From the NCBI GenBank assembly GCA_001192655.1, contig BBVC01000074.1, forward strand, positions 1-32,000: a stretch of DNA of 32,000 nucleotides, given 5' to 3'. This stretch comes from Caedimonas varicaedens (lineage in GTDB: Bacteria; Pseudomonadota; Alphaproteobacteria; Caedimonadales; Caedimonadaceae). The notes beneath the pieces are model-generated. The model saw nothing but the letters and a program-made list of their open reading frames with translations, did not search any database and had not been told where the DNA came from. Made by a program: the position numbers and the translations under genes. Below are positions 8,004 through 18,560 of the stretch, in pieces (the stretch's first letter is position 1; each line of letters begins with the position of its first letter).

Positions 8004-9686
8004 ATGCCTGACCGTTTTAATCATTTTGCCCAATCCTTCTTATATCCTCGCGGATTAAGTGCTATTGCCATGATCGTTGGCCTTGTTTGTCTGGAAATTG
8101 CTTGCGGCGCCTTTGTTTACGTTATGGGTGGGACTAATTTCTCCTATCTTCATGCCTTCTATGTGCCAATCATTCTGGCAGGAATGGTCTTTCGTATGCC
8201 AGGAGGATTTCTTGCAGGATTTCTGGGTGGTATGATTGTTGGACCCTATATGCCGGCGGATGTTTTTCTTCATGCCCCTCAACCCCTTGCATCATGGGTT
8301 TTGCGAAGTTTTTTCTTTTGTTTTATGGGTGTTTTTTCTGGTGCACTTTCGGATATTTTTCGTCTCTATTTAAAAAATCTTCATTTACATATTACAACGG
8401 ATTTAATCACCAAGCTTCCTAATATGGCAGGGCTAAAATTGATATGGCAGGATCAGACACAACAAAGTCACGGACACCACCACCCCTCTGTTCTTCTTAT
8501 TGTTCTGAATCGCTTGAGAGAGATTGACAAAGCTTTTGGTTCGGAGGCGACTACGGAACTTTTAAAGGAAGTTACAAGGCGTTTGGGGGAGCTTGTCCCT
8601 CTTTACGTTAAATTGGCATATGTGGATTATGGGACTTTTGCCATTGTGATTCCCCATAAAACCGTTTCTGCTGTAGAGATCCGAGAAAAGTGCCGACAAG
8701 GATTGGGAAACCGCTTCCTTATTGATCGTATTCCTGTCTTTCTTGAAAGCCATTTTGGAGATGCAACACCTCAAGAAACAGAAGATATTTTCTCTATCGT
8801 GCGCAAAGCAAAAATTGCCGTGGATAAATCTATAGAATTAAGCCAGCAAAGTGCTTCTTTTGAAGAGAAAGACGATCAACAGATCCAGCGTAATCTTAAG
8901 CTAAGTCATGATTTAAGCCAAGCCATTGAAGAAAATCAGCTTAAACTTGTATACCAACCCAAATTGGATTTAAAGACAAAAAGTTGCACTGGCTTTGAAG
9001 CGCTTGTGCGCTGGGTTCATCCTGAATTGGGGATGATTTCTCCTGGTGAATTTATTCCCATGATTGAAAAGACACTCTTGATCAATCAATTCACAAAATG
9101 GCTTTTAAAAACATCTCTTTCTCATCTTCAACAATGGTTTAAGCAAGGCTTGCATTTAACGTGCGCTCTTAATTTCTCTATGAAAAATTTTGAAGATCCT
9201 GAAATTTTTACAGATCTCCGAACTTTTTTGAAAGAATATGAAATTCCTTCGGGATATTTGGAAATTGAGGTAACGGAAACAGCCATTGCCACTAATCTTG
9301 AAAAAGTCGCTGATATTCTTCAATCATGTCGTGAAGAAGGTATTAAAATTTCTGTCGATGATTTTGGGACAGGACAGTCTTCAATGAAATACCTTTTTAA
9401 ATTGCCTGTTGATTGTATTAAAATTGATCAAACTTTTATTCGTTCAATGATCACGAATTCAGCAGCTGAAGCAATTGTGCGAAGCGCCATTACTTTGGGG
9501 CATGAATTAAACCTTGAAGTTATTGCGGAAGGGGTAGAGACAGAAGAAGAATACCTTAAATTAAATGATTTAAATTGCGATGGTGGACAGGGATTTTATT
9601 TCGCGCGTCCTATGCCTTTTGAAATGGCAACCTCATGGTTGCAATCCCGTACAGTCAAATTAAAAGAAAATAAGGCAATCATCTAA
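8004..9686 (+). CDS. Membrane-anchored c-di-GMP phosphodiesterase: N-terminal multi-TM module, degenerate GGDEF domain, EAL domain
   Basis: About 125 aa of hydrophobic helices at the N-terminus. The GGDEF-like region starts DLITKLPNMAGL but has YGTFA where GGDEF would sit. The EAL domain has FEALVRW, EVTE, DDFGTGQSS, KIDQTFI and EGVETEEE. Confidence 0.85.
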   Translation: MPDRFNHFAQSFLYPRGLSAIAMIVGLVCLEIACGAFVYVMGGTNFSYLHAFYVPIILAGMVFRMPGGFLAGFLGGMIVGPYMPADVFLHAPQPLASWVLRSFFFCFMGVFSGALSDIFRLYLKNLHLHITTDLITKLPNMAGLKLIWQDQTQQSHGHHHPSVLLIVLNRLREIDKAFGSEATTELLKEVTRRLGELVPLYVKLAYVDYGTFAIVIPHKTVSAVEIREKCRQGLGNRFLIDRIPVFLESHFGDATPQETEDIFSIVRKAKIAVDKSIELSQQSASFEEKDDQQIQRNLKLSHDLSQAIEENQLKLVYQPKLDLKTKSCTGFEALVRWVHPELGMISPGEFIPMIEKTLLINQFTKWLLKTSLSHLQQWFKQGLHLTCALNFSMKNFEDPEIFTDLRTFLKEYEIPSGYLEIEVTETAIATNLEKVADILQSCREEGIKISVDDFGTGQSSMKYLFKLPVDCIKIDQTFIRSMITNSAAEAIVRSAITLGHELNLEVIAEGVETEEEYLKLNDLNCDGGQGFYFARPMPFEMATSWLQSRTVKLKENKAII

Positions 9687-9812
9687 AGAATGTTGCATAA
9701 AAGTCTTATTCAATTCAAAAAAATGAATAGAGTAAAAAATATTTGACTTTTACTCAAAAACAATTAAATAAGTAAAAGCTAGTATTCGTCAAAGGAAAGA
9801 AATTAAAACTGA

Positions 9813-11126
9813 ATGCTTTTTACCGAACTCGGTCTTAAAGAGAATACCCTGAGGGGTGTTCTTGAAGTCGGATATCACACCCCAACACCTGTTCAAGAGC
9901 AAGTTATCCCCTATGTCCTTAATCGTCGGGATATCTTTGGTTGCGCACAAACAGGAACAGGGAAAACAGCTTCTTTTACACTCCCCCTTCTCGATATTCT
10001 GGAATCGGGACGCGCAAGGGCCAGAATGCCGCGTGTCTTGGTCCTTGCCCCCACGCGAGAGCTCGCAAATCAGGTCATGGACAGCTTTTCTACCTATGGG
10101 AAGTATCATAAATTTAATCTTGTCCTGACAATCGGGGGAGAATCTATTTATGAGCAAGAACGCAAGCTGGCACAAGGAGCAGATGTTCTGATCGCCACTC
10201 CTGGACGACTTTTGGATCTTTTTGATCGTGGCAAGATTATGCTTCATGCTCTTGAAATTATAGTGATTGATGAAGCGGACCGTATGCTTGATATGGGTTT
10301 TATTCCCGATATCGAAAAGATTTTTTCGCTAATTCCTGAAAAACGTCAAACTTTGATGTTTTCAGCTACTGTATCTCCTGAAGTTAGAAAACTCTCCCAG
10401 ATGTTTCTCAAGGATTTTGTGGAGGTGACGGTAAGCCGTGCTTCTAAGGCTGCCGATACTGTGCAGCAATATCTTGTTCATGTTACGCCGAAAGATAAAA
10501 CGAAGACTTTGCGGCATATTATTCAAAAAGAATCTATTAAAAGCGCCATTATCTTTTGTAATCGCAAAAAAGATATTTCAACCCTGTGTACTTCCCTGAA
10601 GCGGAATGGTTATAACGTGGCTCCTCTTCATGGTGATCTTCATCAGACAAAGCGGACAGAAACGCTGACAGCTTTTAAGCAGGGAGACGTTCATTTCCTA
10701 GTGGCGAGTGATATTGCTGCGCGCGGCATCGACGTTGAAGAGCTTGATTTTGTTTTTAATTTTGATGTCCCCATTAACGCTGAAGAGTACGTTCATCGCA
10801 TTGGACGCACAGGAAGGGCAGGACGTTCAGGTCGCGCTTTTATGTTTGTCACAAAAGAGGATAATATCCTTTTAAAATCCATTCAAAAACTCCTGAAATT
10901 TGACATCACCGATTATCCGATTGAAACAGAAAACAAGAAGTCTCCAGAGCCTGTGCAAGAAAAACCAGATATCCAAAAGCCCGTCAGGAAACATGAAGAA
11001 AGAGCAATACAACCCAAAAAAGCTTCCATCCAAGGTCCTGTGCTGGGTTTTGGAGATATGACACCGGCTTTTATGAAAAACTATTTTCCTGATTTGGATT
11101 CAACGACGACAATAACACATTCATAG
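9813..11126 (+). CDS. DEAD-box ATP-dependent RNA helicase (RhlE-like)
   Basis: Q motif GYHTPTPVQ, AQTGTGKT, PTRELA, VIDEADRM, SAT and HRIGRTGRAGRSG. Basic C-terminal tail. Confidence 0.93.
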   Translation: MLFTELGLKENTLRGVLEVGYHTPTPVQEQVIPYVLNRRDIFGCAQTGTGKTASFTLPLLDILESGRARARMPRVLVLAPTRELANQVMDSFSTYGKYHKFNLVLTIGGESIYEQERKLAQGADVLIATPGRLLDLFDRGKIMLHALEIIVIDEADRMLDMGFIPDIEKIFSLIPEKRQTLMFSATVSPEVRKLSQMFLKDFVEVTVSRASKAADTVQQYLVHVTPKDKTKTLRHIIQKESIKSAIIFCNRKKDISTLCTSLKRNGYNVAPLHGDLHQTKRTETLTAFKQGDVHFLVASDIAARGIDVEELDFVFNFDVPINAEEYVHRIGRTGRAGRSGRAFMFVTKEDNILLKSIQKLLKFDITDYPIETENKKSPEPVQEKPDIQKPVRKHEERAIQPKKASIQGPVLGFGDMTPAFMKNYFPDLDSTTTITHS

Positions 11127-11186
11127 GGGATTGATGTTTGTCCGTTATGTGATAAATATTCTTTACAATAAAAAATAGGGTTTAAA

Positions 11187-11873
11187 GTGACTGAGGAAGT
11201 TTTTCACCTAGGTCATCGTCAGCGTTTACGCGAGCGGTTTTTACAGGGGGGCGAGAATGCTCTTGCACCTTATGAAATCATAGAAATGCTTTTATTCGCC
11301 GTCAATTCAAGAAAAGATATGAAGCCTCTCGCCAAATGTCTGCTTAAAGAATTTGGAACTGTAACCAATGTCCTGAATGCAGATGAAGAAGAACTTTTGA
11401 AGATCAAAGGGATGGAACGCTCAACCCTTGCGACACTCAAATTGGTTCAGGCTGTAGGACAAAGGCAACATCGCGAAATTATCATGAACCAGCGGGTGAC
11501 CCAGATTTCCACATGGAGACATGTCCTAAATTATTGCGAAGTCAGTATGGCTCATTTAAAAAGAGAACAGCTCCGTTTATTTTTTCTCGATAAAAGATAC
11601 AAACTGATCGCCGAAGAAGTTCAGATGCTAGGAACGGTAGACCACTCTCCTGTTTATATACGCGAGATTGTCAACAAAGCCGTCAATGTAGGCGCAACAG
11701 GCCTTATCCTGGTGCATAACCATCCTACCGGAGACCCAACGCCCTCAGCCTCTGATATTGAAGCCACCCGTCAAATCAAGGATACTGCGGAACGCATGGG
11801 CATCACGCTCCATGATCATATTATCGTGGGCAAGGGAAAGCACACCTCTTTAAAACACCAGGGACTCATTTAG
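11187..11873 (+). CDS. radC: RadC-family JAB/MPN domain protein
   Basis: GTG start. The N-terminus GHRQRLRERF is typical of RadC. C-terminal JAMM motif HNHPTGDPTPS. Confidence 0.9.
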   Translation: MTEEVFHLGHRQRLRERFLQGGENALAPYEIIEMLLFAVNSRKDMKPLAKCLLKEFGTVTNVLNADEEELLKIKGMERSTLATLKLVQAVGQRQHREIIMNQRVTQISTWRHVLNYCEVSMAHLKREQLRLFFLDKRYKLIAEEVQMLGTVDHSPVYIREIVNKAVNVGATGLILVHNHPTGDPTPSASDIEATRQIKDTAERMGITLHDHIIVGKGKHTSLKHQGLI

Positions 11874-12204
11874 TCAGATTAGTCGCTTTGATCTGAATAT
11901 GTATCCTCTGAATCCTCATCGGATTGATGGAAAGATGCCAAATCCTCTCGCATCATACTGCCCGTAATGTCATCTCCATCCCGTTCTTCCTGTAACTTTG
12001 GGATAATGAGTTTTTCTGCGGGTAAATAACGATCACCAGACCCATAAGGAAGACTTTCATTTTAACGGCTCCTTCTTTAAAAAACTCACCCCCACTCTTC
12101 ACTATCCTCTAAACATCCTCATCATAAAATACAATAAAATCAATGTGAAAGATCTTCAAAAGTCCTCCTATAATGTTAAGCACATCAAGGAAACATACTC
12201 GATC

Positions 12205-12501
12205 TTATCTTAATCGAGTCGGTGAAAAATTAGCGCTATATTGTTTGGGTTTGAAGGAAGGGGTGTGTTGTTTGAGTACCTGATAGGGAATGTTATGGAT
12301 CTGTGCGTATTGCCTTGCCTCTGCTTCTGTCTCAAAAAAAAGTTTTATTTGCGAACACGTATCCCGCATTCCCGTCCAACCCATGAGAGGCTCTATGTAT
12401 TGGGATTTCCGGGGAATAAATTCCAACACCCATTCCTTCAGGTGTGCTTTGCCAGACTGCATAGCTGTTTTAGCGGGACGATAAATGCGCGCCTGCTGCA
12501 T
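12205..12501 (-). CDS. ETC complex I subunit conserved-region protein (NDUFS4/18-kDa homolog)
   Basis: 98 aa. ARIYRPAKTAMQSG ... WVLEF ... EPLMGWTG matches the NDUFS4-like family found in alphaproteobacteria, from memory. Confidence 0.75.
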   Translation of the reverse strand: MQQARIYRPAKTAMQSGKAHLKEWVLEFIPRKSQYIEPLMGWTGMRDTCSQIKLFFETEAEARQYAQIHNIPYQVLKQHTPSFKPKQYSANFSPTRLR

Positions 12502-12503
12502 GT

Positions 12504-12965
12504 TTAACTCTTCAAGCTTTTCAAAACTTCTTTCATATGCCCGGCTACATCTACCTTACGCCAAATATGCGTCAGTTTTCCCTGCGCATCCATAAGAAAA
12601 GTTGAACGCTCAATACCCCAAAAAGTGCGCCCATACATGCTTTTTTGTTTCAGGACGTCGTAGAGTTTACACAGGATTCCCTCTTCATCTGATCCAAGAT
12701 CAAAAGGAAGAGAGTATTTTTCCTGGAATTTTTTATGAGATCGCAAACCATCCTGAGAAATACCCAGAACTTCCGCTCCCAATGACTGAATTTGTTCATA
12801 AACGTCCCGAAAACCACAGGATTCTAAAGTGCATCCTGGCGTATCATCCTTGGGGTAAAAATATAAAATCAGTTTTTTACCTTTATAATCCTTAAGGCTG
12901 ACCTTTCGATTTTCGTCCACCAAAACACTGAATTCAGGAGCGGGTTGACCAATTTCAAGCGTCAT
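12504..12965 (-). CDS. bcp: Thioredoxin-dependent peroxiredoxin Bcp
   Basis: 153 aa. Peroxidatic Cys motif PKDDTPGCTLESCGF. GAGGAAG SD 8 nt upstream of the ATG. Confidence 0.92.
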   Translation of the reverse strand: MTLEIGQPAPEFSVLVDENRKVSLKDYKGKKLILYFYPKDDTPGCTLESCGFRDVYEQIQSLGAEVLGISQDGLRSHKKFQEKYSLPFDLGSDEEGILCKLYDVLKQKSMYGRTFWGIERSTFLMDAQGKLTHIWRKVDVAGHMKEVLKSLKS

Positions 12966-13050
12966 TATTATTTCTTCCTCGCAAGTTTATTTAAATTCAT
13001 CCTTTTTGCCTCTCGGCAATATCTTATTTAATGAGTATACTCCTGATATT

Positions 13051-16000
13051 ATGAATTATAAATCCTTTAAAAAAGCAGGTGTTTATTTTCTTAGAGCAAG
13101 CTTTATGGCTGTAGGGCTGACAAGCGTTCTAATGCTGGCGCTTGTCGTGCGTCTTCACCAAGGCCCCCTTTCTCTGGAAGCTTTTAAACCAACTCTTCAA
13201 CGACAGATGGAAAAGCTTGCTCCTGATTTTGTGATAACACTTGATCACCCGGAAATGATTTGGAAAGGGCTAGATAATCCTTTCAGGATTCATTTTCGTA
13301 AAATTGGTGTCAAACGTCGAGAAGGCGCCATAGCAGAGGGTTCTATTGGGTCGGTAAGCCTGACATATAACATTACCGATTTATTGACAAAAGGAATCAG
13401 TCCAGCCGGCATTGAAATTGAATCCCCTCATTTCACTTTTGAAGGAAAGGATTTTTTTTCCTTTCTTTCTGCGCCTCAGAAAAAATCATCCGAGAAAGAT
13501 GTTTCCCTTTCTCTGGTTCATAGCCTTTTACGTTCAAATCTCAAGCTTCTTAAAATAAGCCAGGCGCGAATAACGCTTCATGATCCAGAAGGATGGGGTG
13601 TTTGGACATTGCCCTCCAGTGATATTGTTCTTAAAAGATCTCCCCATGAAATCGAGGCAAGCGTTTCTACACTATGGAAAACTGACAAATTCTCCATGCT
13701 ATTACGGTATTTGCCTGCTTCTCAGGAAATAGCTTTTTCTCTTTCTCTTCCACGGCTCTCGACATCTTTTCTAAAAAGCCTTCAGAATAATCATTTTGAA
13801 AACGCTTCGGATCAGATAAAAAAAATTGTACAGGTTTTACGTACAAGTGTCCTAGACTTTTCCTTACAATTTGATGGTCATTATCATTTCAAAAAAGGAA
13901 TTGAATTAGCTGACCTTCAACTGACACTTTTTGAAGGAATTCTTGATTTTCCTGAGTTTTTGCCCAAAATCCTCAAACTTCAGGAAGGAAAACTTAAGAT
14001 AACAGCAAGGGATAACCTTGTGACCCTTGAGTCTTGCCAATTAAAATCAGACAAAAAAACTGCAAATATCAAGGGTACCGCTGTCTGGAATCCAGAAACG
14101 CAGCGCCTCCCCTTCGAGCTTTCTGCAGAAGCAACCCAGGTTTTAGCAGATTCCCTGAAAGATATTTGGCCCCATCTCCTGGCGCCTCTCCCACGACAAT
14201 GGGTTCTTGGCCATATCTCCAGAGCCGTTTTTCCACGTGCTACGTGTACCCTTAAGGGGGAAGCTTTTCTTGATGCTGAGTCCGTGAACGCCAAACTTCA
14301 TCACCTTCAGGGGAAGCTAGAGTTTGTGAATGGGGACGTGAAGTATATGGATGAGCTCCCTACAGTAGAAGGGGTGAATGGGATTGCAACTTATAATATG
14401 CAAGACTTTAAAATTCAGCTTACAAAGGGTCAAAGCGCGGGGCTTAAGCTTACAAAAGGTCAAATAGACATTCACGGATTGGATCAGGAAGATCAAACTT
14501 TGGAAATGAAGCTTGATATTTCATCCTCTCTTCCAGAAACACTCAAGTTTATCGATTTACCGCCGCTAAAATTTGCTCAAAAATATGATATGGATAAAAT
14601 GAATTGTCATGGGGATGCTCATACAACCCTGGCGATGACTTTTCCCTTGATCACTCAATTGAGCCTGTCCCAAATTCAAGCTCAGGCCACTTCTCAACTT
14701 TCAAATGTTTCTTTGACCAAGCCGTTAGAGTCTCTTGACGTTTCTGTCTCAAAAGGAGATTTTTCTCTAAGGGTTGATTCCCATAAAGTACTCCTTCAGG
14801 GTCGGGGGTTCCTCAATAATGCCCCTTCTCAAATTCTTTGGGAACGAGCACTATCCAACAAATTTCCTGATGTAAAAAAACTGAAGGTTGATTTTTCTTG
14901 TACGCCTCTTTGGTTAAAAAGTATTGGATTTAACCTTCCTTTTTCCTTTACAGCCGCGATTCCCACACAAATTTCATATTCTGAAAATAAAGAACGAAAA
15001 GGAGTTTTGGAAATAACCTCTGATTTGACTCCTGCTGAAATTCTAATCCTGGGCTGGACAAAACGTCTTAAAAATAAGGGTAACCTTTCCATAGTCCTGG
15101 ACTTGCAGAATGATGTCCCTCAATTGTTAAGAAAGTTTTCTGCAATGTCGGTAGACGGCCTTAAGATTGACAGCGAAGGCGTATTTGACAAAACAGGAAA
15201 AGCCTTTAAGTCATTCAAGTTACATCACTTTACAGCAGGACAGAATCAATTTCATGGAACTCTCACAAGGGACAGACATGGAAGATACGATATTAACGTA
15301 AACGGTCAATCCTTGAATATCGAATCTTTCTTAAAGGAAATGGGTGAGAAAGAATCTACTCTGCCAGAAGAGGGATTAGCCGTTAAGGCGAAATTCGATA
15401 AACTTCAGCTTGATCCAGAACAAACACTTTTTGGAAACAGTTTGGATTTTTATAGTAAAAAAGGCCGCTTTCTTTCCTTCGAATATGCCGCATACCTTCG
15501 CCTTTCCAAGAAGAAAGAAAACTTGATCCACGCCATGATAACCTCTCTTCCCAATAATACCAGACGACTAACACTACAGACCCCTGCGGCAGGAAAGCTT
15601 CTTAAAGCTTTTGGATTTCCTTTAACGGTTTATGAGGGACTTTTACAACTTTATGCCATTCGCAATGACGCTCAAAGTCAGGGTCCATGGGAAGGAAAGC
15701 TCAGGATACAGAATTTCTCAGTCAAGGATGTTCCTGTTCTAGGTCAAATCCTCTCTCTTGCTTTTCCCACAGGTATGGTCGATCTTTTTTCAGACAAGGG
15801 GCTTTCTTTCCAGCAATTCAGAACCCGATTTTCTCTGACGCCGCGAAAACTTATTATCTCTAATGGTCATGCCCAAGGAGCTTCGCTGGGGATGACCATT
15901 CAGGGGAATATGGATCGTTCCCTCAATAATATCAATCTTTCAGGTTCAGTGATCCCCGCTTATGTCCTGAATTCCTTGTTATCAAAAATTCCTTTACTGG

Positions 16001-16212
16001 GCGAGATCATCACAGGTGGAAAACATGAGGGTATTTTTTCTGTTTCCTATACAGTTCAAGGCTCCCGCGCAAATCCTATTGTCAGAGTAAATCCTGTCTC
16101 ACTCTTTACACCGGGTTTTTTGCGGAAAATTTTTGACTTTGATTCGAACGAATCCGAAGAAGAAAAAAACGATCTCTCCTTTGATTTTGAAGGAACAAAA
16201 ACTAATCCCTGA
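13051..16212 (+). CDS. Large envelope protein, AsmA-like/YhdP-type (DUF3971-like); the family call is tentative
   Basis: A single N-terminal TM helix ([25 protein letters not shown]) is followed by more than 1000 aa of beta-rich sequence. The start is ATG 13051 or upstream TTG 13006, and neither has a clear SD. The ORF itself is unambiguous. Confidence 0.6.
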   Translation: MNYKSFKKAGVYFLRASFMAVGLTSVLMLALVVRLHQGPLSLEAFKPTLQRQMEKLAPDFVITLDHPEMIWKGLDNPFRIHFRKIGVKRREGAIAEGSIGSVSLTYNITDLLTKGISPAGIEIESPHFTFEGKDFFSFLSAPQKKSSEKDVSLSLVHSLLRSNLKLLKISQARITLHDPEGWGVWTLPSSDIVLKRSPHEIEASVSTLWKTDKFSMLLRYLPASQEIAFSLSLPRLSTSFLKSLQNNHFENASDQIKKIVQVLRTSVLDFSLQFDGHYHFKKGIELADLQLTLFEGILDFPEFLPKILKLQEGKLKITARDNLVTLESCQLKSDKKTANIKGTAVWNPETQRLPFELSAEATQVLADSLKDIWPHLLAPLPRQWVLGHISRAVFPRATCTLKGEAFLDAESVNAKLHHLQGKLEFVNGDVKYMDELPTVEGVNGIATYNMQDFKIQLTKGQSAGLKLTKGQIDIHGLDQEDQTLEMKLDISSSLPETLKFIDLPPLKFAQKYDMDKMNCHGDAHTTLAMTFPLITQLSLSQIQAQATSQLSNVSLTKPLESLDVSVSKGDFSLRVDSHKVLLQGRGFLNNAPSQILWERALSNKFPDVKKLKVDFSCTPLWLKSIGFNLPFSFTAAIPTQISYSENKERKGVLEITSDLTPAEILILGWTKRLKNKGNLSIVLDLQNDVPQLLRKFSAMSVDGLKIDSEGVFDKTGKAFKSFKLHHFTAGQNQFHGTLTRDRHGRYDINVNGQSLNIESFLKEMGEKESTLPEEGLAVKAKFDKLQLDPEQTLFGNSLDFYSKKGRFLSFEYAAYLRLSKKKENLIHAMITSLPNNTRRLTLQTPAAGKLLKAFGFPLTVYEGLLQLYAIRNDAQSQGPWEGKLRIQNFSVKDVPVLGQILSLAFPTGMVDLFSDKGLSFQQFRTRFSLTPRKLIISNGHAQGASLGMTIQGNMDRSLNNINLSGSVIPAYVLNSLLSKIPLLGEIITGGKHEGIFSVSYTVQGSRANPIVRVNPVSLFTPGFLRKIFDFDSNESEEEKNDLSFDFEGTKTNP

Positions 16213-17470
16213 GTTTTACCAGAGCATGGCGTTTTCTTCCTGCAGAAAGTTTCAAGCAAGTTGTCTCTTCGAATTCCCGCAGCGTGACTTTATAATTTTC
16301 ATCTGTCACTGGTTCATCATTAAGACGAGCACCCTGACCGCGAATCAGACGTCGCGCCTCTCCATTACTGGGAACCAACCCTGTAGATCTGAAAAGGTCA
16401 ACAAGGCTAATCCCCGCTTTTACTTGTTCCCGTTCAATATCAAGAGTAGGGAGTGAGACCTCTGTCAGAGAACCGGTGTGCTGTGCATCAAAAAGGGTTG
16501 TTGATGTTTTTCGAGCTTCGCTTACGGCTTCTTCACCATGGCAAAGACGAGTTGCTTCATCAGCAAGGATTTTCTTTGCCTCATTGAGTTCCTGTCCCTG
16601 GAGTTCTTCTAGTTTAGCAATTTCTGTCAAAGGAAGATCTGTAAACATACGCAGGAATTTTCCCACATCTGCATCATGCGTATTGCGCCAGAACTGCCAG
16701 AAATCGAAAGTTGAGAGTTGCAGTTCATTCAACCAGACAGCCCCCTGTGCGGTCTTTCCCATCTTGGCACCGCTGGCTGTTGTAATAAGAGGAGAAGTCA
16801 ACCCAAAAGACTCGGAGCGCTGAACACGGCGAATCAGGTCAACGCCAGAAACGATATTTCCCCATTGATCCGCACCACCCAGTTGCAAGGTTACGTCGTA
16901 ACGTTTCCTCAATTCAAGGAAATCGTAAGCCTGTAAAATCATATAGTTGAATTCCAGAAAGCTGAGCGGTTGCTCTCGCTCAAGGCGCAGACGAATGCTG
17001 TCAAAAGTCATCATGCGATTAATAGAAAAATGGCGGCCATAATCACGCAAAAAATCAAGGTAATTAAGGTCATTGAGCCATAGAGCGTTATTAACCATAA
17101 GAGCATCTGTCGCTCCTTGTCCAAACGTAAGATACCGAGCAAAGATTTTTTCCATGGAATCAAGATTGGCAGTGATTTCTTCTTCACTTAATACTTTGCG
17201 CATTTCATCCTTGCCAGAAGGATCGCCAACACGGGTTGTCCCACCTCCCATCAAGACAATGGGCTTATGTCCTGTACGCTGTAAAAGCCGAAGACGCATA
17301 ATTTGCACCAAATTGCCCACATGCAGGCTTTTGGCCGTAGCATCAAACCCCAAATAGGCAATCACTCCATTCTTTGACATCTGAGCGTCAAGCGACTCTA
17401 AATCTGTTGCTTGATGGAAAAAACCACGGGCAATCGTCTCACGAAGGAAGTCTGATTTTGGTTTAAACAT
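16202..17470 (-). CDS. tyrS: Tyrosyl-tRNA synthetase
   Basis: HVGN (HIGH), KMGKT (KMSKS) and a C-terminal S4-like domain. 422 aa. Confidence 0.96.
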   Translation of the reverse strand: MFKPKSDFLRETIARGFFHQATDLESLDAQMSKNGVIAYLGFDATAKSLHVGNLVQIMRLRLLQRTGHKPIVLMGGGTTRVGDPSGKDEMRKVLSEEEITANLDSMEKIFARYLTFGQGATDALMVNNALWLNDLNYLDFLRDYGRHFSINRMMTFDSIRLRLEREQPLSFLEFNYMILQAYDFLELRKRYDVTLQLGGADQWGNIVSGVDLIRRVQRSESFGLTSPLITTASGAKMGKTAQGAVWLNELQLSTFDFWQFWRNTHDADVGKFLRMFTDLPLTEIAKLEELQGQELNEAKKILADEATRLCHGEEAVSEARKTSTTLFDAQHTGSLTEVSLPTLDIEREQVKAGISLVDLFRSTGLVPSNGEARRLIRGQGARLNDEPVTDENYKVTLREFEETTCLKLSAGRKRHALVKLRD

Positions 17471-17593
17471 CTTTGATCATCCCCAAGCTGCATCACAAAC
17501 CTTGAATACCACACCAGCAAATGTATCAAAAGAAGAAAGAAAATATCTCCTTCTCAAAAACTAGGAGTACCCTTTCTCAATGGAACGAAACGT

Positions 17594-18526
17594 CTAGGAC
17601 TGTTGGTAAAAGGAGGTAAGACGTGCTTTGTCGTATTGTTGGAATCCGAAAGACTTAATAATTGTCTTAACGCGCCCTGTATATGTTCTTCCAAGTTCTG
17701 AATACCTTAACAATCCTTCTGCCAATTTAAGCGGACAAAGTTGCTCACCTGTATTCCGAAGTTTTGCACGAATCGCACGCATGGGGGCATAAGCCTCATG
17801 AGTATTAAGATTATGAATGTAGTGGCTAACACTTTCCTGAAGGGAATTATAGGAAAAAACGCGAGTACGGCTTTTCATCATGCCAAAGGGAGAATTAAAG
17901 CGCTGCGCCGCCAGAGACCCACCCCACCCTGTTTCGACCACAGCCTGACCAAGCGCGAGAGAAGGCGGAATCACATCTACTCTTTTTAAAAGTTCGGCTA
18001 TTGTTACTCGACGAAGTTTATATTTAAGAGCTAAGTTGTTCAGTCGCTGCATTTGCTCAAAGTTAAGCTTTTTCCCCGTGTCCTTAATTTTTTTCAGGAT
18101 GAGTAAATACTCTCGTTCGGACTGAACTTTTTCATTATGAGCCAAAATAGAAGGAAGCAAGTTGCTGACAAAAGTTTCTTTTCGCGAACTAATATTCGTC
18201 AGATAAGCCAAATTTGAAGAAAAACGTGTTGGATATGTGCGAGCAATCCTCATCGCCTCTTCCAATTTACTGCATTCTGCGAAAGGACGACAATTTAAAG
18301 AGGTCTGCAAATCCTCTTTATAGTCAGCATTAACCTGTTTGATCACTGAAATAAGAGAAGATTCCTGTGCAATAAAAAGAGTTTCAGTCCCTCTAAGGGC
18401 GCTTGTTGTATGACGCACATTCCAGAAGACCAGTCCATAGAGAGTCACAACCATTACAGTGACTCCCCCCATAATCAATTTATGACCGTAATGACCGCTT
18501 TTTATGAAATTGGATTTCTGATTCAT
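17594..18526 (-). CDS. Bax-like membrane-anchored glucosaminidase (GH73 domain)
   Basis: N-terminal TM helix. C-terminal PPSLALGQAVVETGWGGS ... NSPFGMM glucosaminidase signature. Confidence 0.75.
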   Translation of the reverse strand: MNQKSNFIKSGHYGHKLIMGGVTVMVVTLYGLVFWNVRHTTSALRGTETLFIAQESSLISVIKQVNADYKEDLQTSLNCRPFAECSKLEEAMRIARTYPTRFSSNLAYLTNISSRKETFVSNLLPSILAHNEKVQSEREYLLILKKIKDTGKKLNFEQMQRLNNLALKYKLRRVTIAELLKRVDVIPPSLALGQAVVETGWGGSLAAQRFNSPFGMMKSRTRVFSYNSLQESVSHYIHNLNTHEAYAPMRAIRAKLRNTGEQLCPLKLAEGLLRYSELGRTYTGRVKTIIKSFGFQQYDKARLTSFYQQS

Positions 18527-18560
18527 TCCTCTTCCCTAAATTATTAATCCAAAAGAAACA

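Noticed and set aside
6272-9686. A low-GC block (oxidase, relic and EAL gene) as a horizontally acquired islet.
   Set aside because: By-eye counts of single 60-nt lines are lower here (about 27-45% GC) than in dnaE or the ELM1-like gene (about 57-58%). However, a line I counted in the AsmA-like gene (about 38%) and one in gdh (about 32%) are just as AT-rich. The pattern may simply reflect weak constraint under AT mutational pressure. A proper windowed GC and codon analysis is needed.
9687-9812. Possible promoter TTGACT (about 9745) with an AT-rich -10 region, and a TATTCA/TGAATA hairpin between the EAL gene and the helicase.
   Set aside because: The -10 match is poor (about 3/6). The hairpin is 6 bp with an 11-nt loop and has no U-tract. 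Both are too weak to call.
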